Source of the DNA: Armatimonadota bacterium
Lineage (GTDB): Bacteria; Sysuimicrobiota; Sysuimicrobiia; Sysuimicrobiales; Humicultoraceae
Assembly (NCBI GenBank): GCA_037446215.1
Contig: JBBIJB010000043.1
Coordinates: 1-19,778 of the forward strand
Length of the DNA stretch: 19,778 nt
Direction of reading: 5' to 3'
Shown here one piece after another: positions 1 through 7,221 of this stretch. The position numbers and the translations under genes were made by a program. Within the stretch, counting starts at the first letter, position 1, and each line of letters begins with the position of its first letter. The notes beneath the pieces were generated by a model, which was not told where the DNA came from, did no database searches, and worked only from the letters and a program-made list of their open reading frames with translations.

Positions 1-502
1 CCTCGGCGCCCAGCGCCGAGGCGAGCGCAACCGCCGTGACATCCGACCCGCCGCGGCCGAGCGTCGTGACCTCGAGGTCCGGGGTTATCCCCTGAAAGCC
101 CGCGACTATCACGATGCGGTCCCTGGCGAGCTCGGCGTCGATCCTCCTCCTGTCGACATCCACGATGCGGGCCTTGGTGTGAACCCCGTCGGTGAGGATG
201 CGCACCTGTGCCCCGGTCAGCGAGATCGCCTGCTCGCCGAGCTCTCCGACCGCCATGCTCAGCAGGGCGATGGAGACCTGCTCGCCGACGGCCATCAGCA
301 TGTCGAGCTCGCGGGCAGGCGGCCTATCCGTGATCTCCCGTGCGCGGGCTATCAGGTCGTCGGTCATGTCTCCCGGAGCGGAGACCACAACGACCATTCT
401 GGCGCCTTCCCGGCGTCCGGCTACGACGCGGGAGGCGACGTGGCGGAGCCGCTCGGTCGTGGCGACGGAGCTCCCACCGTATTTCTGAACGATCAGGCGC
501 AC
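1..502 (-). CDS. lysC: Aspartate kinase, N-terminal part (runs off the left edge of the window)
   Basis: Not in the ORF track; translated by hand from GTG at 502: [23 protein letters not shown]...[14 protein letters not shown]...[18 protein letters not shown]...[29 protein letters not shown]. Contains the aspartokinase KYGGSSV, GFQG and TTLGRGGSD motifs. Confidence 0.95.
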   Translation of the reverse strand, partial: MRLIVQKYGGSSVATTERLRHVASRVVAGRREGARMVVVVSAPGDMTDDLIARAREITDRPPARELDMLMAVGEQVSIALLSMAVGELGEQAISLTGAQVRILTDGVHTKARIVDVDRRRIDAELARDRIVIVAGFQGITPDLEVTTLGRGGSDVTAVALASALGAE

Positions 503-604
503 CTTCCACCGCCCAGCGCCGGAGCCCGCCCGGCTGTCGTTCTCCAATACTACACCACACGCCGGCGTTGTGCCCGGGCCCAAGAGCAACTGAGGCTGTG
601 GGGG

Positions 605-1129
605 CTAAGGCGCCAGAGCCTCGACCACTGTCTGTGCGAGGCGTACCGCCTCGGGCTCGGCGAGGTTCAACTCGGTGGCCTTCCCGTGCACCAGCGCGCG
701 TATCTGCCCGAGGCGATCCGGTCCAAGATCTATCGGCATGGGAGGCAGCGTCTCGGGCTCGGCGGGCGATGGCTCATCTGGCCCTCGCCCCTTCGCCGAT
801 AGCGCGGCACGGAGCCTCCGAAGCAACGCCCTGACGGCGTCGCGGACCGAGCCCGCGGCCTCCTGCTTGACGGCCTTGATGATCTCTCCGATGAGGAACT
901 GCGCGACCTCGCTTGCCACCAGCAGCGCAACAGAGGTCACCCCGGCCCGGGGCATGCCCTCGAACAGCGTCGAGGGCGCCGCTGCCAAGGCAGCGCCTCC
1001 TGCCCCATCCCGGCGCTCCAGGAACTCATCGAGCCCAGCGTCGAACCCGGCGAGCTCGCCGGGCGCCAGACGCGAGACCACGAAGCGCGCGAGCTCGCCT
1101 GCCAGCTGGTCCTGCTCGGAGTCGCTCAT
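605..1129 (-). CDS. Hypothetical protein, 174 aa, predicted helical
   Basis: ATG preceded by purine-rich GGAGAGGGAG. It fills the gap between the TPR regulator and lysC on the same strand, and the composition is protein-like. Confidence 0.8.
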   Translation of the reverse strand: MSDSEQDQLAGELARFVVSRLAPGELAGFDAGLDEFLERRDGAGGAALAAAPSTLFEGMPRAGVTSVALLVASEVAQFLIGEIIKAVKQEAAGSVRDAVRALLRRLRAALSAKGRGPDEPSPAEPETLPPMPIDLGPDRLGQIRALVHGKATELNLAEPEAVRLAQTVVEALAP

Positions 1130-1174
1130 CGCCCGCTCCCCTCTCCAGACGTTGGGTCCGAGTTGCTCGGGGAT

Positions 1175-2467
1175 CTACCTAACGCCCACCGCCTCATCCT
1201 GCGCGAGAAAGGCGCGCGCGAACATCTGCGCGGCGAGGCGATCGTTGCCGCTCTCCAGAAGCAGGAACGCGTAGTCACGGCTGACGCGGGCGATCTCGTC
1301 AGCGGCTCTCAGCCGCTCGAACTGCTCCAGGGCGTAGGCGTACCTGCGGGCTGCTTCCTCCGCGCGTCCCTGGCGCTGACAGACCGACGCGATCACCGCC
1401 TCGGCCCGCGCCGCCTCCGCGGGGTCCTGTATCTTCACCGAGATCCGGATCGCCTCTTCGGCGTGCCTTCGCGCGTCCTCCAGATCGCCGCGCAGGACGG
1501 AGGCGCGGGCAAGCTCCGTGAGCGTCTGCGCCCGCCCCGCGTCGTCTGCAAGCCTGGCTGCCACGTTGAGGCTCTGCTTCAGGGCCTCGGCGCCCTCGCC
1601 CAGACGGCCGCGGCTGATAAGCAGTATTCCTATGCTGCGCTTGACGGTGCCGAGCAGGTGGAGGTTCTCCTGCGCCTCGAACAGCGCCGCAGCCCGCTCT
1701 AGATGCGTACCCGCCAGGTCGTACGAGCGCTGCCGCTCGTAGGCCACCCCCAGGTTGAAGTGAAGCAGCCCCAGCGCGCCCAGGTCTCCGAGGGGCTCGA
1801 GCCTCTCCAGGGAGGCCTGATAGCACTCCAATGCCTGTGCCGGAAGGCCGAGCTCCGAGTAGGTACGGCCCAGATTTGCCAGCTGCCGGCCTTCGAACGC
1901 GGTATCTACCGGGGTAGAGACCCTGGCGGCCTCGAGGGCCCGTGCGAAGGCGTCTCGGGCGGCCGGGAAGTCGCGCTGCCGGAGGTGGAGAAAGCCCGTT
2001 GCGCTTGCCACCCACGCGACCAGGTCCGGCCGCCCGAGCGCGCCCGCAAGGGTACGGCCTCGCTCGAGGTGCTCGCCGGCAAGATCGAACTGCCTCAACC
2101 CGGTCAGGGCCTGACCGAGCCCTATCTGTATCTTGAAGGCCACATCGAGGGGAGCGCCCGAGAGGGACGCCCGTTCGGCGATCTGAAACGCCTCCAGCGC
2201 TCCGGTGAAGTCGTGCTGACGCAGCAGCAGGCCACCCTGCTCCAGCTTCAGCGTGACCTGGCGGCTTGGAGGCGGATCGGCCTCAAGCAGGTCGGCCAGC
2301 GGTAGGTTCAGGCGCCCCGCGAGGAGGCGGAGGGTCTCGAGCGAGGGGCGTACCTTCCCGTGCTCGAGCATGCTGATGAAGCTCTCCGACAGGTCACCCC
2401 CTGCGAGAACCCGCTGGGTTATCCCGCGGCTCTTCCGCGCCTGCCGGATCTTCTCGCCTAGTGTCAA
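1175..2467 (-). CDS. XRE-family HTH + TPR-repeat transcriptional regulator (RRNPP/NprR/PlcR-like architecture), 430 aa
   Basis: N-terminal HTH_3-type domain (LGEKIRQARKSRGITQRVLAGGDLSESFISMLEHGKVRPSLETLRLLAGRL), then roughly 8-9 TPR-like repeats (e.g. QLANLGRTYSELGLPAQALECYQASL, LHFNLGVAYERQRSYDLAGTHLERA). TTG start with AGGGG 7 nt upstream. Confidence 0.9.
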   Translation of the reverse strand: MTLGEKIRQARKSRGITQRVLAGGDLSESFISMLEHGKVRPSLETLRLLAGRLNLPLADLLEADPPPSRQVTLKLEQGGLLLRQHDFTGALEAFQIAERASLSGAPLDVAFKIQIGLGQALTGLRQFDLAGEHLERGRTLAGALGRPDLVAWVASATGFLHLRQRDFPAARDAFARALEAARVSTPVDTAFEGRQLANLGRTYSELGLPAQALECYQASLERLEPLGDLGALGLLHFNLGVAYERQRSYDLAGTHLERAAALFEAQENLHLLGTVKRSIGILLISRGRLGEGAEALKQSLNVAARLADDAGRAQTLTELARASVLRGDLEDARRHAEEAIRISVKIQDPAEAARAEAVIASVCQRQGRAEEAARRYAYALEQFERLRAADEIARVSRDYAFLLLESGNDRLAAQMFARAFLAQDEAVGVR

Positions 2468-2482
2468 GGCCGGGCCCCTATC

Positions 2483-2707
2483 CTATCCGAGCTCTCCCCA
2501 GGCCCCGCCCAGCAGCTCGCCGTCGCCATGGCCCGCGAACTGACCGCCCAACAGCTCGCCGTCGCCGTGGCCCGCGAACTGACCGCCCAACAGCTCGCCG
2601 TCGCCGTGGCCCGCTGTCTCGAGCAGGCCCGGATGGGTCGAGGCGGTCGCCCCGAGGATGAGCACCGCAACAGAGATCACAGCGAAGATCTGCCGAAGCC
2701 TTCTCAC
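2483..2707 (-). CDS. Small secreted pro-peptide (74 aa) with three AGHGDGELLGG repeats; putative signalling-peptide precursor
   Basis: GTG at 2707 with a strong SD (AAGGAGG, 2716-2722) 8 nt upstream. Sequence MRRLRQIFAVISVAVLILGATA-STHPGLLET-AGHGDGELLGGQF-AGHGDGELLGGQF-AGHGDGELLGG-AWGELG has a basic n-region, hydrophobic h-region and A-T-A signal peptidase site. The in-frame 39-nt repeats differ only synonymously. Confidence 0.85.
   Translation of the reverse strand: MRRLRQIFAVISVAVLILGATASTHPGLLETAGHGDGELLGGQFAGHGDGELLGGQFAGHGDGELLGGAWGELG
2504..2614 (-). repeat. Tandem coding repeat, 39-nt unit, 2 full copies plus a 33-nt third copy
   Basis: 2576-2614 and 2537-2575 are identical (GCG GGC CAC GGC GAC GGC GAG CTG TTG GGC GGT CAG TTC on the minus strand). 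2504-2536 has three synonymous changes. Confidence 0.97.
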
Positions 2708-2897
2708 CTGACTTCCCTCCTTCATATCGCCGGGCACCCTCCAGGGGCACGGCGCGCGATACGTGCGCAACTCCGGGACGGCAGGCCGCCCTTCATACCT
2801 TCAATCGGCGTCCAAGGTGAGTTTGTGGCGTGTGGCTAACGCGTCGAAAGGTGTGGTTGTGCTCCGGGTCAAGCGCGGGTCCATTCGACACCCCTCG

Positions 2898-2970
2898 CTG
2901 AAGTTCCTCTTCCCATCGGGCAGGAATCTGAGTCCTGCTTAAGTTCCACCCGTCGAGGCACTGAAATTCC
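2898..2970. promoter_or_regulatory. Cluster of CTnARRTTCC motifs; candidate transcription-factor operator
   Basis: CTGAAGTTCC 2898-2907, CTTAAGTTCC 2938-2947, CTGAAATTCC 2961-2970, plus an inverted imperfect copy GGAATCTGAG at 2923-2932. Confidence 0.4.
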
Positions 2971-3273
2971 GACCTCCAGGGCCTATTCGCCCTCTGGGCG
3001 GCAGGAGCAGGGCCCTCTGTCAAGAAGGCTGGGCTCAGAGCAGCAGGACCCAGGACAGTCCCATAGAGTCAGGGCCGGGGTGTCTCCTCCGGGCCGACGG
3101 TGCCGGAGGTCGTCGTTCCGGTTTCCCATCCCCGGCCCTTCCGATCCCAGGCCCCGCGGCGCCCTGCTGCGGGGCCTGGTGAACTCAGGTGGGCGGTCGA
3201 ACCCCATCCCCTGCCGCGGGTCGGGGCGGCCGCGGCAGGAGTAGGGAGCACCGCGCAAGTAGTATGGAGTGCG

Positions 3274-3320
3274 TGGCTGACAAGAGAACCAATTTGGCTG
3301 TGGTACTTTACCGGCAGTCA
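3274..3320 (+). promoter_or_regulatory. Candidate MocR-family operator overlapping an extended -10 promoter
   Basis: TGGCTG direct repeats at 3274-3279 and 3295-3300 (21-bp period) and an inverted near-copy CAGTCA at 3315-3320. TGTGG-TACTTT (TGn + -10) lies at 3299-3309, upstream of the MocR gene. Confidence 0.45.
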
Positions 3321-3395
3321 TCCCTCGCCTACCCTTACCCTGGCCTCTTACAGAGAAGTGGCCGCGCACAGGACAAGTGACCCCCAGGGGGCCGC

Positions 3396-5054
3396 ATGGC
3401 CAGATCGGCACTCTCGCGGACTTCGCCTGAAAGCCCGGTAGGGGCAGGGTTCGCGGGATTCCGAATCGATCAATCGTCGCAGATGCCCCTCTACGCTCAG
3501 ATAGCATCGGAGATCGAGCGCCGGATCGAGCGCGGCCGGCTCGTCGTCGGCGAGCGACTGCCCCCACAGAGGATGCTTGCCGAGCTGATCGGGGTCAGCA
3601 GGAATACCGCGGTCCAAGCCTATCGCGAGCTTGAGCGCCGTGGGTGGGCCCGCAGCCGCGTGGGTCGGGGCACCTTCGCCGTCCTCCCAATCGACCGCAC
3701 GGTGCCGGGCTATTCGTGGCAGCCGCAGTTCTCGACGTCCATCAGCAGGGTCACGAGCCCGTTCATGGGCGAGGTGAGCACCGCGCCGGCGGGCAGACTC
3801 AGCTTGGCATCAGGTAAGGTCGCGGCCGATCCCTCGATAATCGGAACATTCCGGCAGATGTTTGACCTGGTCCTTGAGCGGGAGGGCGCACGGGCCTTCG
3901 AGCCCGGTCCCCCGCAAGGGATCCCCGCGTTGCGCGCAGCCCTCGCGGCTCACCTTCGCGCCGGAGGCGCGGATGCCCGGCCGCAGGAGATCCTCATCAC
4001 CGCGGGGGCACGGCAGGCTCTCAGCATCCTGGCTTCGATCCTCGTTGACCCGGGAGACACCGTCGTCATCGAGGGCCCCACGTACCGGGGTGCCATCCAG
4101 GCCTTCCAGAGTGTCGGGGCGCGTATCATCTGCGTGCCAGTAGACGGCGCCGGCATCGACGTGGAGGCTCTCGAGTCCGTGCTGGCCTACACGAGACCGA
4201 AGCTCATTTATCTCGTGCCGACGTTTCAGAACCCGACCGGTGTCTCGCTTTCGCTCGAACGAAGGCATCTCCTCATCGAGGCCGCTGCCCGCCACGCGGT
4301 GCCGATCGTGGAGGACGATCCCTACTGGGAGCTGCGCTACGAGGGCACGCGGCTCCCGCGCCTGAAGGCGCTCGACACGTGGGGGGGCGTCATTCACGTT
4401 GGCACCTTCTCCAAGCTTGTCTTCCCTGGTGTCCGCGTCGGATGGATCGCCGGACCACCCAGCGTCGTCCGACAGGCCACCGTCGCCAAGGCAGGAGGCG
4501 GGCTGCACGTCAGCAGCCTCCCGCAGTGGGCGATGGCCCGGCTACTCGAGGAGAACCTGCTGGAGCCACACCTCCGCCGTGCGTGTCAGCGACTCAGGTC
4601 GAAGCGCGACCAACTGCTCGAGTCGCTAGCACGGCACACTCGCGGCCGGCTGACAGCGCGCAGACCGGAGGGCGGGTTGTTCGTATGGGCTCGGCTGCCC
4701 GCTCCCGTGCAGGCCGCGGATCTGCTCAAGAGCACGTCATCGAAGGGGGTCGACTTCGTGGCGGGCCCAGCCTTCTGGCCGAGTGGAGGCGACCCATACG
4801 CTATGCGGCTGTGCTTCGCGGGGCTCGATGAACCGCAGCTCGACGAGGCGGCCGCGACGGTGGGGCGGAGCTTGATCAACGCCCTGACAGGGACGGAGCC
4901 CGGTGAGGCAGAGATGCGGAAGCGTCCACCCGACAGCGTTGGGGAGTGTGGACGCAGAAGAGGGCGGGCCATCCGTGGGAGTGGGGCTAAGGGAGTGGGG
5001 CCCAGTACGGCGCCGGGTAGCGCAGAAGGACCGAGACCTACTCCGCCGCTGTGA
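3396..5054 (+). CDS. MocR/GabR-family regulator (GntR wHTH + PLP-dependent aminotransferase class I/II domain)
   Basis: wHTH PLYAQIASEIERRIERGRLVVGERLPPQRMLAELIGVSRNTAVQAYREL. Aminotransferase motifs PTFQNPTG, IVEDDPY and GTFSKLVFPGVRVGW (PLP lysine present). The exact start is uncertain; AGGGGG precedes ATG 3396. Confidence 0.93.
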   Translation: MARSALSRTSPESPVGAGFAGFRIDQSSQMPLYAQIASEIERRIERGRLVVGERLPPQRMLAELIGVSRNTAVQAYRELERRGWARSRVGRGTFAVLPIDRTVPGYSWQPQFSTSISRVTSPFMGEVSTAPAGRLSLASGKVAADPSIIGTFRQMFDLVLEREGARAFEPGPPQGIPALRAALAAHLRAGGADARPQEILITAGARQALSILASILVDPGDTVVIEGPTYRGAIQAFQSVGARIICVPVDGAGIDVEALESVLAYTRPKLIYLVPTFQNPTGVSLSLERRHLLIEAAARHAVPIVEDDPYWELRYEGTRLPRLKALDTWGGVIHVGTFSKLVFPGVRVGWIAGPPSVVRQATVAKAGGGLHVSSLPQWAMARLLEENLLEPHLRRACQRLRSKRDQLLESLARHTRGRLTARRPEGGLFVWARLPAPVQAADLLKSTSSKGVDFVAGPAFWPSGGDPYAMRLCFAGLDEPQLDEAAATVGRSLINALTGTEPGEAEMRKRPPDSVGECGRRRGRAIRGSGAKGVGPSTAPGSAEGPRPTPPL

Positions 5055-5098
5055 GGGGTTCGGGCAGCGGGGGAACAACGAGAGGAGGTCAAAGAGCA

Positions 5099-6415
5099 AT
5101 GAGAGGGAGGACGAACGGCTTGGAGTCCTTGCTCAAGGCGGTTGCCTGGACAGCGGTGGCCGTGCTTGCCGGTGTCACGGTGCTTTCCCCTATCGGCTCC
5201 TTGCAGGCCCTGGGGCAGGCGCGCGAGATACGCGTGGGGCTGCTCGGGGCCCGCACGGGCGTGTTCTCGGCCTTCGGCGAGCCCCAGATAAGGGGCTCGA
5301 TTCTCGCGTTCGAAGAGGCCAACCACATGGCGGCCGGGCGTCGCATCCGCGTCTTCATCGAGGACACCCAGTGCACCGCGGACATCATGATGACGAAGGT
5401 GCGCGCGCTTCACGAGCGTGACAGGGTGGACGTCGTCGTCGGGCCCACCTGTGGCGGAGAGGGCCTGGCCATGGTGGATTGGGCCCGGGGTACTGGATTG
5501 CCAGTGGTGATCGGCTACTCGGCCCCGGAGGACATCACGATGCGCCTGCGGGCGCACAACGTCGTCCGCGCGGGTTGGAGCGGTGCCCAACCGATGTTCC
5601 CGTTCGGCCAGTACGTGGCCCGGACGTTCGGATACCGCCGCATAGTCTCTATCGGACAGGACTACTCGTTCCCGTGGAACCAGCTCGGAGGCTTCGTTCG
5701 GGGCTTCTGCATGGCCGGCGGCAGAGAGGTTGTCAAGATATGGCACCCCGTCGGAACACGCGACTACAGCTCGATCATAGCGGCGATGCCGCGCGACGTC
5801 GACGCGGTGTTGTATAACGGCGCGGGGACGGACATGGTGGCGTTCTACAAGCAGTTCCGCGACTTCGGCCTCCTTGACAAGTACGTCTTGCTTGGCGCAT
5901 CAAACGCCTACGAACCGATCACCCTCCAGGAGTTGGGCGACAGCGCAATCGGCTCGATATCTGCGATCCAGTACGCCGAGACGCTGAAGACCCCGGCCTT
6001 CCTCAAGTTCCGAAACGCATACGAGAAGCGGTGGAATGAGATACCACCTACCTCCGCCGAGCACGGCTACGTGGGAGCCAGGATGGTGCTGAACGCGATC
6101 GCCGCCGTCGGGGGCAAGATCGAGGACCGTGACGCGTTCATCAAGGCGCTGCGCGCAACCAAGATGCCGGATGCCCCGCGCGGTCCCTTCTACTTGGACG
6201 AGTACGGCAACCCGGTGCAGAATATTTACATCCGAAAGGTCCAGCGCGTCGGAAACCGCCTGATCAACACGGTCATAGCGACCTTCAAGGATGTCTCTCA
6301 GTTCGGCCCGTTCGATCCAGAGGCCTACATAGCGGCGCCCCCTGACACGCGCGACTTCCCGCCGAGTGATTGCGCGGCGGTGCTCACCAGGCTCCCCCGG
6401 CTCCGCGGCAAGTAG
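5099..6415 (+). CDS. ABC transporter substrate-binding protein, HAAT/LivK-like (PBP type 1)
   Basis: ATG at 5099 with AGGAGGT SD, preferred over GTG 5051. N-terminal signal peptide; motifs IRVGLLGARTG, EDTQ, DVVVGP, GQDYSFPW, PRGPFYLDEYGNPVQNIYIRKV. Confidence 0.9.
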   Translation: MRGRTNGLESLLKAVAWTAVAVLAGVTVLSPIGSLQALGQAREIRVGLLGARTGVFSAFGEPQIRGSILAFEEANHMAAGRRIRVFIEDTQCTADIMMTKVRALHERDRVDVVVGPTCGGEGLAMVDWARGTGLPVVIGYSAPEDITMRLRAHNVVRAGWSGAQPMFPFGQYVARTFGYRRIVSIGQDYSFPWNQLGGFVRGFCMAGGREVVKIWHPVGTRDYSSIIAAMPRDVDAVLYNGAGTDMVAFYKQFRDFGLLDKYVLLGASNAYEPITLQELGDSAIGSISAIQYAETLKTPAFLKFRNAYEKRWNEIPPTSAEHGYVGARMVLNAIAAVGGKIEDRDAFIKALRATKMPDAPRGPFYLDEYGNPVQNIYIRKVQRVGNRLINTVIATFKDVSQFGPFDPEAYIAAPPDTRDFPPSDCAAVLTRLPRLRGK

Positions 6416-6459
6416 GCTCTGTGGCTGACCAGGACCGGCGAAAGCAGAACGCGCACCAT

Positions 6460-7221
6460 ATGGACCGTCAGGCACTCGAAGTACTCAACGTGGAGAGGCT
6501 CACCAAGACCTTCGGGGGCATTACCGCCCTCGACGAGGTGAGCCTCTCCATCCCTGCCGGCGAGCGCCGGGGGCTCATAGGCCCGAATGGCGCCGGAAAG
6601 ACGACGCTCTTCAACTCGATCACGGGCGAGATACCCCCCGATTACGGCCGGGTGTCGTTGTTCGGGGAAGATGTCACTCGCCTGAGCGTCCAACAGAGAA
6701 CGCGACTCGGCCTCGGCAGGACATACCAGGTCACGAACCTCTTCTTGAGCCTCACCGTCGAGGAGAACCTTTTCCTCGCCTCCGGCGGGGACGTATCAGC
6801 CAACATCCTCAGACCTTGGCGCCTCCACGCGGCCCGCCTCGACAGGGCGAGAGAGGTAGCGGAGTTCGTCGGACTGGGCGAGAGAGCCTCTGCGAGGGTA
6901 GACGCCCTAGGGCACGGCGAGCAACGCCAGCTCGAGATCGGCGTGGCGCTCGCCGCTCGCCCTAGACTGCTGATGCTCGACGAGCCGGTCGCGGGACTGG
7001 CGCCGTCTGAGCGCCAGCGCATGATGCGCTTCCTCGGGAGTCTCGAGCGTACCGTGACACTTCTCATCGTGGAGCATGACATGGATGTCGTGCTGGGTCT
7101 TGCCGATCGCGTTACGGTGCTGCACAACGGACGCGTAATCGCCGATGGCGCGCCCGAGGCAGTGCGCGCGGACGCCCGTGTGCAGGAAGTCTACATGGGC
7201 GAGTGGGTCAATCATGGGTGA
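6460..7221 (+). CDS. livG: HAAT ABC transporter ATP-binding protein (LivG-like)
   Basis: Walker A GPNGAGKT, GLGRTYQ, LGHGEQRQLE, Walker B LLMLDEP, IVEHDMD, C-terminal VQEVYMG. Alternative start GTG 6421. Confidence 0.9.
   Translation: MDRQALEVLNVERLTKTFGGITALDEVSLSIPAGERRGLIGPNGAGKTTLFNSITGEIPPDYGRVSLFGEDVTRLSVQQRTRLGLGRTYQVTNLFLSLTVEENLFLASGGDVSANILRPWRLHAARLDRAREVAEFVGLGERASARVDALGHGEQRQLEIGVALAARPRLLMLDEPVAGLAPSERQRMMRFLGSLERTVTLLIVEHDMDVVLGLADRVTVLHNGRVIADGAPEAVRADARVQEVYMGEWVNHG

Noticed and set aside
503..604. Lysine riboswitch upstream of aspartate kinase
   Set aside because: Only about 100 nt are available, too short for the L-box, and I see none of its conserved motifs.
2504..2614. 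39-nt repeats as a mini CRISPR array
   Set aside because: Units are directly tandem with no unique spacers, are in frame in a signal-peptide ORF, vary only synonymously, and there are no cas genes in the window.
2483..2707. Multi-core RiPP precursor
   Set aside because: It has a Sec-type signal peptide rather than a RiPP leader, and no modifying enzyme or peptide exporter is nearby; the neighbour is an HTH-TPR regulator. Distant enzymes cannot be excluded.
2708..2770. Longer 95-aa version of the peptide ORF from the ORF track
   Set aside because: The strong SD sits 8 nt before GTG 2707, and this start places the signal peptide at the N-terminus.
2901..2947. GGAACTT (minus strand) as ECF sigma -35 elements
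   Set aside because: No matching -10 (GTC/TCTRA/CGT type) at 16-17 nt spacing for either copy.
2983..3567. 194-aa minus-strand ORF and other short ORFs in the intergenic region
   Set aside because: Arg/Pro/Gly-rich shadow-ORF composition, overlap with the MocR gene, and no recognisable domain.
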